64,000 bases of DNA. Source: the human T2T-CHM13v2.0 reference genome, Homo sapiens. The first letter of the stretch is position 1, and each line of letters opens with the position of its first letter. Shown here one piece after another: positions 13,461-27,746 of the stretch. Position numbers and translations under genes: made by a program. The stretch lies in the NCBI RefSeq assembly GCF_009914755.1, contig NC_060936.1; one strand, written 5' to 3'. The notes beneath the pieces were generated by a model. It had not been told where the DNA came from and made no database searches. It was given only the letters and a program-made list of their open reading frames with translations.

Positions 13461-14263
13461 ACTGGAAACTATCGAAAGCACAAAGAAAAGTGACTCTAAG
13501 GAAATTCATGTTGAGAATAGAAGGCATACTGTGTCAGGAAGACACTGACTATATAATAAGCACTACTGAAATATTTGAAAGGATACAAAAATACCTGTTC
13601 CCATGCCTGACAGCCTCAGCCCTCTCAGTTCTATACGCCTTCCATGTGTTGGCAGTGTTTCACTGCTTGGGTTTTTTAATGACAGGTGGCTATTACTAGA
13701 TGATGGTTAAACCAAAGAGTTATGAGGCACTAGGGTGCTCCCTTAGAAATTTGCGTACCTCTCTACCAATGGAGTCAGAGGAAGCAAAGTTAAGACCAGG
13801 AAGTGGTCCTCACAGACCAATCTTCAATGGGGAATTTCCCTTTTTGTTTGTTGTTGTGGTAGCATAACTTTTCTATTTGTTTTATTCATTATTCCTTACA
13901 ATATTTGAGTAAAACCAGTTGATCTGACTCAACTTAAATAAACATAGGTAGATTTTGGAAAGGTTATAAGGAACTGCTTATTTGCTAATTTAAGAGCCTG
14001 GTCAAGGTGTAACAAACAATGAACACTAATGAAATTCACATACTTTTTTGCTTGCTACCTGCTAATGTGTCCTTTTCTTGACTACAATGTAATGAAGTCT
14101 TACAGAAAGATCAGGTGATCCCCTTTCTTAAAAAAGGATCTCATAATTTAGATGTGTAAATGAGGGCTGTTGCCTTGAGAGACTATATTCTAGTCTCATA
14201 ATGCTGCCATTAACAAAGCAGTTTCAGAAACTCTTCTTCTAGAATTATTTTCAGCCCTGGGTC

Positions 14264-14390
14264 GGGCTGCCAGACAAAATACAAGTGCCCAGTTAATTTG
14301 AATTTGTTATAAGCATGGGACATAAATTATAATGAAAAATTATTCACTGTTTATCTGAAATTCAAATTTAACTGGGTGTCCTAGAATTTG
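14264..14390. mobile_element. MER53-like palindromic hAT MITE
   Basis: CCCAGTTAATTTGAATTT ... AAATTCAAATTTAACTGGG inverted arms. Confidence 0.65.
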
Positions 14391-14691
14391 GTGGAAGAGG
14401 GGGATGATTTGGTTGGTTGGTTGGTTTTTTTTTTTAACTCCAGAAACCCTATGTCTGTGCACTTGTATGTAAACAACTTGACTGATGCCAACCTTGCTTG
14501 GATGGTGGCTGTGATTTTAGACACAGTCTAAAGTCTTTCAAAGTGAAGTCTGATGTCAAGAAGGATAATGCCACTTTTGGTTAAAAATAACACTATAAAG
14601 TAAACAGACAGGTTTTCTCATGGGTCTTGTAAACTGTCTCTCACAGAAATGCTTAAAGAATTTTTGAAAATGGGTTTAATCAGTGGCAGAA

Positions 14692-14855
14692 TTTTATTAT
14701 TTTTATTTTTATTTTGAGACAGACTCTCACTCTGTTGCCCAGGCTGGAGGGCAGTAGTGCAATCCTAGCTCACTGCAGTCTCCTGGGCTCAAGTGATCCT
14801 CCCACCTCAGCCTCCAGAGTAGGTGAGATAACAGGCATGAGCCACTGTACCTGGT
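14692..14855 (-). mobile_element. Alu monomer or deleted AluJ
   Basis: Reverse Alu sequence with T-rich tail. Confidence 0.8.
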
Positions 14856-15779
14856 CAAAAGGCAGGATTTGAAAGAGTAGTTAGCTTTCCAAAATATTCA
14901 GTGAAAAAGGTAGTCAGATTCTGAGCAGGAACTAACAAAACAGAGCCATAGGTTTGTGTACAGTATAAATGTTAGTATCATATTAAAGATTGACATTCAC
15001 CTGCTGAATCTTTTACAGATTTGGTTGTGTGATTTTATTATTTGCATATAAACTTATAAAGCCTTTGGCTGTGCTTTGGAAGAATGGTACAAGAAGGAAC
15101 ACTTCTCCAGAGATAATCAAAAGAGTTAATCTCTGGTAGATTAACTTTCTCCTTGAAAATTTTGGTTATGGTACCTTCCTGTCACCACGATAGGCTATAA
15201 GCCTCAGACTCTGTGTTACAGTCACTCTTATTCACCAACATTCTTGGCAGTGCGCTACTTCATAAAGTATCACTGCATTGCAGGCACTTTTTCATCCTAT
15301 TGTTATTGTTGTTATTTTCATAACAACACTGCAATATTGACATAGCAGGAATTATTCTTCAACTTTTGCAGACGTGGTTACTATGGTTAGGAGACAGAAA
15401 GTGATTTGCTATTAAATAGCATCAGACACAAGCCCATTGTACTAAATGGGTGCTTTTTTCTTTAGGCGAAGCTGTCTCTGAAAGAAAAGGAAAAGTTGAG
15501 TAAAGAACATTTTGAGTTTTCCTCTAAACTTGACGTTAAGCTGTGACTCAAAAAAATAAGTAAGGTGGAAGCAATATTTTACTGAAATGTGACATCCCAA
15601 GACATATTTGTTGGCTATTGGGTTCTATATGGAAATTTAAAAATTAAGCCTCTTTCAAAGGTAACTGAACTATCAACCTGTCTTACTGTCTATGATTGAT
15701 GTCGCCTGAACGTGTGGTCCTTAAAATATCACTTAGATATGATAAGACATCACTGGAATTAAATTCGGAGGTGGCCACA

Positions 15780-17860
15780 TTTTCTTAGACAGGACGCAAT
15801 AAAACACTAAATATAAAAGGTAGAAAAAAGTATAGATTATGTTAAAATTGAGAACTCTGTTCATCAAAAGCCATCAAGATGAAAAAGCGACCATAAAGTT
15901 GCAGACAATATTTGCAATAATTATATTAGATGAGTCACTCCTAACCAGAATTTATAAAGAATTTCTACAAATCGATAAGAAAAAAGACACTCAACAGAAC
16001 AATTACCAAAAGATTTACAAAAAAACAAGAGGATATTCAAATAGCTAAAATGTTTATTAAAAAGTGTTCCTCTTCATCAGTCATCAGGGAATTGCAAATT
16101 AAAACCATAATGGGATGATATTAGTACTTACCCACCAGAATGGTTAAAATAAAAAAGATGTAAAATGCCACGTCTTGACAAAGATGTGCAGCAACCAGAA
16201 TCCACATATGCTATCGGTAGCATTGTAAGTTAATACAACCTCTTGGGAAAACAGTTTGGCAGCATCTACTAAAGCTGAACATATGCCATCCCTAAGACCC
16301 AGAAATTCTCATATGTGTATGCCAATGCATACATGTGTTCACAGAAAGACAAGCACTAACATGTTTGTAGCAGCACTTTAAATAATAGTCCCCAAGTGGA
16401 AATTTCCCAAGTGCCCATAGACGGTAGAATGGATAAATAAATTGTCATATATTCACACGATGGAATTCTATGCAGAAATGTGAACAAATCTAGAACTACA
16501 ACAATATGGATGAAACTTAGAAACATAATGTTAAGCAAAAAAGCCAAATACAAAACAGAGAATGTGGTATTGTTCCCTTCACATAAAATATAAAAGTAGG
16601 AAACACTAATCAATGTTGGTAGAAGTCAGGACAGTGGTTGTCCTGGAATGGGGGAGAGGGATGTGGATAAGAACAGAAAAGAAGCATAAAGCAGGGCTTC
16701 TGTGGTGTCAGTAATGATGGCAGTGGCCACTCCAGATGGCTTACTGCTGTCATCACACTGGCTGCAGATGGCAGGCAGCCTGGGGCTGCATGTTCCATGG
16801 AGTCGGCAGGAGCCGGGGACAAGCAAGAGCCCCACCCCTTGCAAATTAGGGCAGGAGCTCCTGGAGTACCGCTGCAGCCACCCAAACCACCGCTGCAGAC
16901 CCAAGCCTCCAACTCCACGGAGCAGGTGGGAGCCCCACCCTCCTGGGCCAGGCTGCAGCCTCAGGCATCCCTGCACTATTGTGGGCCTAGGAAGGCCCCC
17001 TGCCCTTGCAGGCTCCAAAGCACCTGTCCTGCTGCCTAGTTTTTCCCTGCTGTTGGTGCTGGCTCCAATCTTGGAACAACGTTGGGGCTGAGTCTAGGCA
17101 GCCATGAACAGCAGCAGGAGGCAGACAGATTCCTGGGCAGAAGGAGATGGGTCCTCCATAAGGCTCCACCTTCAGACCAGGGAGGTCCCAAAGGCTGAGG
17201 GCAGGGCTTCCAGACCCACGTACCAGAGTGGGGACCTGTGGTGCCTTTTCTGGCCCATCCATGGTTGCCCATGGACCAGTTGCTGTGCACTTCCTCCCCT
17301 CTGAGGTCCATAAAAACCCCAGGCTCAGCCAGAGCAGGGCAGAGAATAGAGAGATGATGGCATGACCATTCTGTAGAGATGAGCTACTGTCTCTGCTGAT
17401 AGCGGGATATGATGAGGTGACCAGATGCACCGAGGAGCTACCCTCTCTGCTAAGAGCTGCAGAGGTGACAGGATGACCTGCTGGCAGAGAGAGGCCACCC
17501 TCTCCAGGGCCTCCTTTCTGCTGAGAGCCGATTACTCGGTGGGACAGCCTGCCTACAGAGAGGTGCTACCCACTGCAGGTCTCCTCTGAGCTATTCTCAC
17601 ACTCAATAAAGCTCCTCTTTATCTTGTTCACCCTCCACTTGTCTGCATACTTCATTCTTCCTGGATGCAGGACAAGAACTCAGGCAAAGGCACCAACGGC
17701 CACAGAGGTTTCCAGCCAGAAAAGCGACATCCCAAAGATCCCATAACGGTAATGTGCCTTCATCTGGATGCTGGTTTAAGATGAACTCAGTTCGTGAAAA
17801 TTCATCTATTTGTACTCTTAGGATATGTGAATATTATATAATTCAATAAAAAATGTCTAA
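15780..17860 (+). mobile_element. Old L1M 3' region, split by the MER52 LTR
   Basis: L1 ORF2-end motifs (GGGAATTGCAAATTAAAACCATAATG, GGAAAACAGTTTGGCAG); resumes after 17752. Confidence 0.7.
16715..17748 (+). mobile_element. MER52-family solo LTR (ERV1)
   Basis: GC-rich; TGATGGCAGTGG... to ...GATCCCATAACG; 4-bp TSD GTAA; CATAAAA box near 17309 and AATAAA near 17605. Confidence 0.85.
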
Positions 17861-17981
17861 AATCACTGGAATTCTAAAGAGACCCAATATTCCACATTTA
17901 CCAGAATGTCTTTGGAAGAGAAGTTTGTATGTGATGGGAAGCAATATTTTCATGAGATGCTGATGTTCTGTGAAAGGGCCA

Positions 17982-18378
17982 TATATACAAATTGGCTCTC
18001 AAGTGCCAAAGGAGCTGAGAAACCAAAGAACAAGACAGACAAATCCAGTTTGTTGGCAAAGAGTGTTTTATTGGGGGAACTTACAGATAGAAGTGTGGTC
18101 TTAGGCAGCCACAAGACAGGTAAATCTTTGCACTGTTACTCTGCTGACCCAAGGCTTATATATGAATATGACAGGAAAATGGTATACATGCTCCAGCAAG
18201 ACAATTAAAGGCGACCCTCCCAAACAGGCAAAAATGTGTGTGATAACATCAAGGTTGACATGTTCTTATACACAAACAGTAAATAAAGTAGGAATCAGGA
18301 GATATTCACAGGATTGTGGCTAATCAGAAGTCAACATGGCAGGTTAGCATCCAAGATGGAGTCACTTTGCCTCCCAGC
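17982..18378 (-). mobile_element. LTR47-like solo LTR
   Basis: Reverse complement contains CTCCATCTTGGATGCTAACCTGCCATGTTGACTTCTGATTAG, like the LTR47 5' end. Confidence 0.65.
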
Positions 18379-18964
18379 TGGGTAGTAGGCAGTATAGTAG
18401 ACAGCTGTTGTTTTGCCTGCCTGCCCTGTGTACATTCTCGCCTTTTTAGAGCAAAAAAAAAAAAAAAATTTCTTTGGGTAACTATCTGTATATTACATGA
18501 TAAGGCTTTCAAATATAATGTTCTTCTCCCCTTCTCCACTGCAAGGGTAGGCATGAAACCCAAGCCAACCACTAAGAGAACTCTATCCAACTAGACACAA
18601 TGATTGGTCCTAATATCTTATTATATAGTATCTTATTATAGATACATTAAATCTTTAATGATTGGCATGTATCTAAAAAGGGCCAGTCAGAGTCCTTTTT
18701 AGTAGATCTGAAATTGAGGGTGCTTGGTACACCCTTGGCCTCTCAGGTATGTAAATCAACAAATCCCTTTTTTACTTAAGCTAATTAGAATGGATTTCTG
18801 TCACTTGAAGCCCATAGAGCTCTGACTCATGCAAGTGATGGGGTCTCTGAAGGGTGTGTTCAGGTAACACAGTCATTCATTAAATTATCTTGTAATTAGG
18901 GTGGTTCCAGTTAACAAGAGAGCTTTGGCTGAATGGTATATGCAACCTTCCCCACTCAGTACTT

Positions 18965-19533
18965 GTATTAATCTGTCACTGTGTAACAAATTACCACAAA
19001 TTTTGTGGTGTAAAACAACACACATTTGTTGCCTCCCAGTTTGTGTGGGTCATGAATCCAGGTACAGCTTAGCTTGCTCCACTGCCTACAGGGCCCTCAC
19101 AAGGCACCATTAAGTGTCAGCAGGGGCTGAGGTTGCATTCGAAAGCTTGACTGGGGAAGGATCTGCTTCCAAGCTTGCATGCTTGTTGGCAGGATTCAGT
19201 TACTCATGGGCTGTCAGACTGAGAGCCTCAGTTGTTTGCTGGCTGTTGATGGAGGCTGCCCTCATTTCCTTGCGACATGGACATCTCTTAACCCAGCTGC
19301 TTGTTTCATCAAAGTATGCAAGCTGAGAAGGCATTGAGAGGGTCTGTTAATAAAACAGAAGTAAAACTCTTATGTAACACCATCACAGAAATGACAGCCC
19401 ATCACTGTTGCTATTTTATAGTAGTTAAAAGCAAGTTGCTAGGTCAGCCCACACTCATGGGGAGGAGATTACACAGGGCATAACTACCAAGAGGCATGGA
19501 TTATTGGGGTTCATTTTAGGATCAGCCTATGAC
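18965..19533 (-). mobile_element. MLT1F/G-like MaLR LTR
   Basis: TGTATTA...TGTGTAACAAATTACCACAAA...GGGGAAGGATCTGCTTCCAAGC. Confidence 0.75.
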
Positions 19534-19952
19534 AGTGTTCAAGTGTTAAATACAAATTTAAATAATATCAGTTTGAAGGGGCAGCAAGTTATTAACCTGC
19601 CCAGGCCATGTGTTTTGGCCAGTTTATATTATACATATTCACAGCTGGTGTCAGTATCCATTAGGGCAGGTGGTGGTGGGGATCCAGAAAAGGTCAAGGA
19701 GCTTGGAAATGATGCGTAGTAAATTAAATCTTTAAATGAAAGAGGAAAAATACTCTATAATAAGATATGCCTGTACCCCTAAAACCTTAAGAAATCAAAG
19801 AAGTGTCATAAACTTTATGAAAGTTTTGCTATAAGAACACTGGCAAGTCAAGCACTTTAAATTGTCTTTATATTAGTGATCTATTTGAATTCCCCATAAG
19901 TTCTTAGTCATGCATCAGAAAAGGCAAGATAAATTGGTTAAGATCACAGATA

Positions 19953-20274
<322 letters not shown>

Positions 20275-21554
20275 TCAAGTTAAAAACGTGAAAATATATA
20301 TATATATGTAACATACATAATTATTATACTTATAATTTGTTGTATTTCCATAAAAATTACATATAACATACAATGGATTATATGTTACATGTATTTTATA
20401 CAGATTATATATTATATATGCTATATATAATATATAGTACACAATATTTTCCTTTTAGTTATAAATTCTTTTTTTTTCTTTTTGATCCATCCAAAGCATT
20501 GATTAGAAAAACTTAGGCACAGAGAAGGCTGTAGCAATCTTTGCAACAAACAGCAAGAGACAACGGTGTTCTATCTAGTTATGTCTGCAGTGAGGAGGTC
20601 AGGGCATGGAGTTTATATAAAGGTTTAAGGATTTGGGCTAAGGCTAGGACCAGTTTCTTCCTCGTAAACCTTGATACCTGTATGAGGGCCTGGGAATGTT
20701 CAAAGCCCTGGTGTCAAGCCTGCTGGGAAAAGCCTGCTGCTGGTTGTGTCATAGTGTGATCAAGGTACTCTGTGATTTTTGGTCAAGACACAGGGAAAAA
20801 GCAGGGGGTGGAGGGGACTGGGGGAATTCCACAAGTAGTTTGTAAGTACTTTATCTCCTCCTTACCTCCAGTCCAAATTGCAACCTTTTGAGGTTATAAA
20901 TAGGAAGGGGAGAAGACTTCTGTATCCACATTTGAGTGGTGTAGGGAGAGGAATTTGTCTCAGTCAAACATAGGGATAAGGAAACAAAACCCTGTTGATT
21001 AATGACCAGTAAGTATGTCTGGTCAGCTTACGGCTGGCACACATTCCCAAATTCACAGATAATTTCAAGCTTATGAATAGGCAGTGTTCTCACTTGTAAA
21101 CATTCACTAAACGATGACTATTGTTACCAGTGGTACACATGACCTATGATTAATATGAACCAATTCAGAAGATATAGGTAGTAGCAGCCTTCCCTGTCAG
21201 AGGAAGCACACGTATGTCTGGAAGTTCTGAATCAACAGCATGAGGATCTTGGCACTAGGATCTGTGTGCTGGGACTCACCAGTAGTGTGACCTATTTGAA
21301 GTCCCAGTATGGAATCTCTATGGAAGCCTATGCGTTAAGTCATGTCTTCCCTCCCTTAGCTGAAACCTGATACAACCAGAAGTTGGAGAAATCGTGGTAG
21401 CAGAAAGAGAGGGGGGAAGACAGAGCACTGCACAAATCCAGGGTCTCTATTTTCATCACAGTCTAAGTAAATGCCACCCTTGGGGCAGGCGCTAAGTTCA
21501 CACAGAGTTACAAATACAGAAAAAATGAGTGAGGTTACATTTTGGAGATCTTTC

Positions 21555-21850
21555 CTGTAATGGACATCTGCTGTTTTGCCTACTCAGCCTCACTTCCTCA
21601 CTTTTTTAGTAACAGTGCATCAGTTTTTCTTGGGTCTCAGTCCGTGCTGTTCAGGTGAGCTGACCACAAGACACCTGGGGCGGACAGACCAGTGACTCAG
21701 GCCTAGTAAATTGGTCACAGCAATTGATTCATGGATGGGCCTGTGACCAAATTTGGATCAATGAGAGTCAGCCCTGGAAGTTTTGCTGGAAAAATTACAA
21801 AAGACATATTCACTTTTGGGCTTGCTAACATGGTAGGCTGTGGAGCCAGC
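21555..21850 (+). mobile_element. MLT1J/K-like LTR fragment
   Basis: GATTCATGGATGGGCCTGTGACCAAATTTGGATCAATGAGAGTCAGCCCTGG motif. Confidence 0.55.
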
Positions 21851-22529
21851 CTGAGAATTGAGCTCTCCTGGGACAAGACTGAAACAACATTTGGGCAGCA
21901 AATCCCAGGGTTGTGCCAAAAACTATTGCCAGTAGTCAATCAATGTCTTGGGTATTTGAACATTCTCTTGTCTTGGGGTAACTCTCAGTGTCCTGTGGAT
22001 TCCTAAATAGGCAGAGCATGGCCTTCATCTCATCTCTTGTGAAGAGTCTGGACCTTATTGCCCCTGGATCTAACCTCTGTTCTCCAAAATCCCTTCCAAT
22101 ATTTGTTCCAGATGGCCAGCTGTGTCCTTATACATTGGAATTCCTGGTAACTTGCCTTGATATACCAGTAGAGACTATGTATGCACCCCAAACCTAATAT
22201 AGGGAAATGCCATTATTTAAGAAAGAGCTTTCCAATGGAGACCCCCAAAATAGAATGGGATGTTTTATAAATTTGCATGTCACTGGAGATGTTCTGTATC
22301 ACTAAAACTCAGTAAGGCTAAGCAATTTTCAAGATAACACAGCCAATAAATGGCAAAGCCAAATTATAACCAAATCTTCTGATCCCAAAGACCATGCTCC
22401 TTCCACCATGCCAAGCTACATTGCTTTCGTAGTCTCTCTAGAATATATAGATTTGCAATGGTGTTTAGGATTTCCTCTGCCTCCCACTCCCCTTCAATAA
22501 TAAGAGATGTGCATTTTCAAGGTGGATAC

Positions 22530-22917
22530 GGTGATGGTTATCTGCATATATCAACTTGTATGGGTCATGAAATAGCCAGATATTTGGCTAAATATTACTG
22601 CTGAGTGTGTCTGTGAGGGTGTTTCTGGATGAGATTAACACTTGAATAGGTAGACTGAGTAAAGCAGATGGCCATCCCCAATGTGGGTGGGCCTCATCCA
22701 ATTCATTGAAGGCCCGAATAGATTAAAAGATTGAGTAAGAAAGAATTATTTCTCTTTGCCTGACTGTCTTCAAGCTGGGACATCATCAATTTTCTCCTGC
22801 CTTTGGACTCTGACTGGAACTTATACCATTAACTCCCCTGGGTCTCTGTCTTGCTGAATGCAGATCTTGGACTTCTCAGGCTCCTTAATCATGTGAGCTA
22901 ATTCCTTATAGTAAATC

Positions 22918-22964
<47 letters not shown>

Positions 22965-23000
22965 TTCCTATTGCTTCTACTTCTCCAAGACCACAGTACA
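22530..23000 (+). mobile_element. MLT2 (ERVL) LTR containing (TG)n at 22920-22962
   Basis: GTGTGTCTGTGAGGGTGTTTCTGGATGAGATTAAC...AATGTGGGTGGGCCTCATCCAAT. Confidence 0.85.
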
Positions 23001-23103
23001 GTGCAGTGTGGGGCTAAGTTTCACAGAGAATTACTGCACTAAAGTCACGCCTGACACAATGCATGATATCCTAGAATCGCAGTTTCTTCATTGGTAAAAT
23101 GGG

Positions 23104-23522
23104 TATAATAAGGAATCTGACTCCATTTTTTGACTTTTGACTACTGCCAGCTTTTAAGCCTTACCCCTCCCTCTTCCTCATCTGCCCATATCCGGGAGAA
23201 CTGATAAGAAAACCAGGATATTCCCTCCTTTGCTACTAGGAAGCTGCATGGCAACTTCAAACCATGTGTGGGAACCCTCACCCTGGCCCCACCTCAACCA
23301 CCAACAAAACAAACCCTAAGCCAGTCTCCTTTCTGTGCTCTCTCTCAAGCCATTTTTTTTTTATCTGCTTGGAAACCACCCTGCTATCCCCAGAAAGCCT
23401 CATTATGCGAATAATAGTTTTCATACCTATGTGAGGTGGATGTGTGGCATCATCAGTTTTGACATCCAAATCAAATTTGGATGAGGGTCCCTCCTGCTTC
23501 TGAAGAGTGGTCATTCATAACA
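23104..23522 (+). mobile_element. Solo LTR (ERVL class by 5-bp TSD) inserted in a MIR
   Basis: TSD ATGGG at 23099-23103 and 23523-23527; ends in CA; MIR halves on both sides. Confidence 0.7.
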
Positions 23523-24609
23523 ATGGGAGTACTAACTACCTTCAAGGATGATTGTAAGAATTAGAGCTAATGTAATAAAGTACAGTGCTTTACAGTCACA
23601 TAGTAGGTGATCATAAGGTTGTAATAGAGTTGAAATGAATTAAGAATTATAAAGCAACTTAGAACAATTAGAAAGTATATAGTGTTTCCTAATTGTTTAA
23701 TAAATACAATTAAAATAAAAAAACTCTTACTGCTGTCATTTCTGCTAGTGTGTAATCAAAGTTTTAATTTTTGTACGTGAAGGAAAATCCAGAGTTTGTA
23801 CCTAAAATTACATCTAAAAAGCATTTCCTTGGAATACAATATACTCCCAATCTACTGACAAGCCCATTTAAGTAAAACAACATTTCTGATTCTTAGCTGT
23901 CATATTTACAAGCTCAGGTGTAAATATATATTGTAAGAGTGTGCCTTTGTGTTCCCTTGAGGTAATAGACTGGAGCTATGTAGGGGGCCTGGCATTACCA
24001 GCACAGGTGGAGTTTCAGTCTTCTGAGGAAGGGAAATTCCCACTAGGATTCTGATGATGATGGCGGTGGAGCTGGAATGAGGCCCAACTCACCGTACCTG
24101 AGGAAGAATTCAATTGCAGATTCCCACATACACCCCTCACAAATTGTCCACTAGACAGAATTTAAGAAGAGATGAGATGTCATTGTATTTTTAAAAGTCC
24201 TCAAGAATTTCCAGAGGTAATAGATCTGAGAGCAGCCTCCAAAGAAGCCTTGAAAGAGACCCACCAAGGCAATTTTGATAAGTTTCCAATTTGTGCTCTC
24301 CCTCATGCAAGCTAAATGTGCACTTCATGCAACTCCACTTTCAGCATCTAGCTGTGACTAATCTGTCATCCCTTATCAAGTGAATATTTGTGACCCTTGA
24401 CCTGAAGCATAAATGAACTGCAGGGAGATGTGGGACCTGAGTCAATTCAAGGACTCCTACCAGGCCCCATCTGGAGAATGCCCTGACAGCTGCAGAGGAC
24501 AGCAGAGAAGATCTCTAAGAAAAACCCTCTAAGTCAGAAACCGCATCGGGACTGTGAGCAGATGTCTGGAAGAGGTTAATCTATCCATTCCTGCTCTTCT
24601 CCCCAAGAG

Positions 24610-24867
24610 ATGGTAGATACCACTATGAAAGATGTCCTCCTTCGAAAACAGTAAGTGATATTAGGACTATGATGGGCCATTGGTCCCTTGCCTCCATTGA
24701 CTTTGATAGTATTGACTGCTAATAAGGCCGTTCCTCCCCTTTTCAGTGTTAAAGAGAAGACGAAACATTGTGGTCAATGTGCTTTTAACTGGAAAATCTT
24801 TACCAGAGACATTAAATTGAAATGTCCAAACTTCTGCATGGAAGACTACTTCATCCATTTTTCGTGA
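24610..24867 (+). other. Putative two-exon small ORF (24610-24650 + 24747-24867), 53 aa; unvalidated
   Basis: gagATGG Kozak context, CA|GTAAGT donor, 96-nt intron with TGCTAAT branch point and CCTCCCCTTTTCAG acceptor; frame stays open across the junction. Confidence 0.3.
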
Positions 24868-25698
24868 GTGATATTTCTAACAAAAAAACTTGTATATGTG
24901 GTGAAGGTCAAAATCATGAGATGTCAGTTTCTCTTCTCATGAAGTGTTTTGCCATGTGTGAGATAATGTATATTATGGAAGATGACATAATCTTCCATAG
25001 TATTACAGTGGCTCAACCAGGCATTAAAATACACCGAATTATATGGGGGAGAAAGTTATTCCCCTTAAAATTATTTTTTCTTTCTGATTACCTCCAAGGT
25101 AAACTCTCAGTTTGCTGCTGGTCTTTTAGCAACCCTCTGACAGGGAGCAAAACTTAGGCTTCAAGTCCAAGAAAAATAAGGCTTAGCTAAAATTTTGTCT
25201 AACATTTTCTTTGTTTTTCTTGGATTGAATTTTATAGTTACATTCAGTTTTTAACAAGTGAAGCCTGTCTTCAATTTTATAGTAATGATATAACTAGAAC
25301 GTGTGGAAAAAGAGATTTTTTAAAAAGTAATAATATTAGATCCTCTTCCCAAAAAAGAAAAGTATTTAATTTTAAGAAAGTGAGATGATTAAAAACTCAA
25401 GTCAGTATGAGTACAGGTGATTCAAAGGTATAGCAAAAATCGTGAAGGCAATACACAAATGACTGAACTTCAGAAATCACTGCGTCAATGCATTTTTAAA
25501 GTGTTATGAGGCACAAACAATTCCAAGAAGATGATATCTCCAATTAGTTCCTCTTAATTCTGACCTGAAATACCTAAGAATGATAGAGAGGGGTGAAAGC
25601 TGGGATGCCAATCTGTTGCCCACTGTGGCTTCCCTGGCCCCACTCTCTCTCCTCTTTCAACTTACCAAGATGCATCCTTCATCTTCAACTGGTCTTCA

Positions 25699-26129
<431 letters not shown>

Positions 26130-27257
26130 CTACTGAAAACATCTTTAAGTTCAAAGGACTTGAATAATAAATTAGTTAATTCTGCAATTATGAAATAGAA
26201 ATCACAAAATCAATTGTTTCACATAGAAATTATGGGATGGTATTCAACTGAGACCAAGGCAATTGTAATTTTAAATAGCATGAGCTTTAGCTAAGATTCA
26301 ATAAGTGATAGACAAGTGATGATACATAGATAGGTGGTGGATATGCACACATAACATGTGTATAATCATATCATTCAACAACATGGACCACCGACAATAT
26401 ACATGGTAATGTGCTCATTGCCAAAATAGACGTATTGACAAAAACATGGCCCCTGGCCTCTCAGATTTTCGTTTCAGTTCCCCCAAAAACCGATAATTAT
26501 TGAGCACTGACTCTGTGCCAGGAACATGTACAAAGTACCTGGCACAGAGTAAGTGCTCAATAATTGTTAGTTCTCTTACCCCACCCTCCCCTTTCCACAT
26601 TCTCATCATTAATGGAAGATGAAAGAGTCCCACAGATCCCTTTTACAGAAAATGAAAAGGAATGCACTGCCGGGGCCCCTTGGCCCTTCTAATAATGCAA
26701 ACCATGTAACATGTACAGGAAATTAACTCTAGAATAGACTCAGAATTTTCAGAGCAAATAATTTGTAGCTTCATCCCGACTTTAGACTAACTGGGGGAAA
26801 GTTTCTGGGAAGTAGGATAAAATCACCTAGTGTGAGGTCAGCAGGGCAAATTCCAGGAACTGCAGGCTCCCACCCCAAGCCCTGTCCTGATGTCCCCATC
26901 CATTGCCTGTGTCAGCAGCTCTGACAGTGGCAGGTTTGACAAAGGTGCATGTTCAGGAAGAGTTGGTGTTAGGGAATCCCAATACGCTCTGCACTTCATT
27001 CATTCCTGATAAGTGACTGAGTTCTTTGCAGGTGAGCCAGTCTTGTCCTCCTTCCAGGAAGCCTACTCTAGATAAAAAGACCTGCATAACCTCAGTCACA
27101 AAGCTTCTTGAGAAGACACGAGTAGTCAGTTTTTACTTTTCAAAGATATAGAATATTGGCATTTTTTTTTTCAGTTGCCCAGAGCCTAGCATAGTGCCTA
27201 ACCATATATAGACATCCAGGATACCGTGTTGTTTGAGTAATGAATGAATTAAAAGTA

Positions 27258-27545
<288 letters not shown>

Positions 27546-27746
27546 TCAGGAAATTGCCAGTTCTGTTGGACTGACCTGTTAAAACTCTAATAAAATGGCA
27601 ATAGCTAACACATACTTCCTATTATATACTAGGCACTGTTCTAAATGCTGAAAGTTGTTACTTTCTAAAATATTTTTCAAATCCTTCAACAACCCTGTGA
27701 GGTGGATATACTCATTAATAGGAGCAACTATTATTATACCCATAAG

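Noticed and set aside
16610-17430. Cluster of overlapping GC-rich ORFs resembling a gene or CpG island
   Set aside because: All lie inside the MER52 LTR, which is GC-rich but CpG-poor
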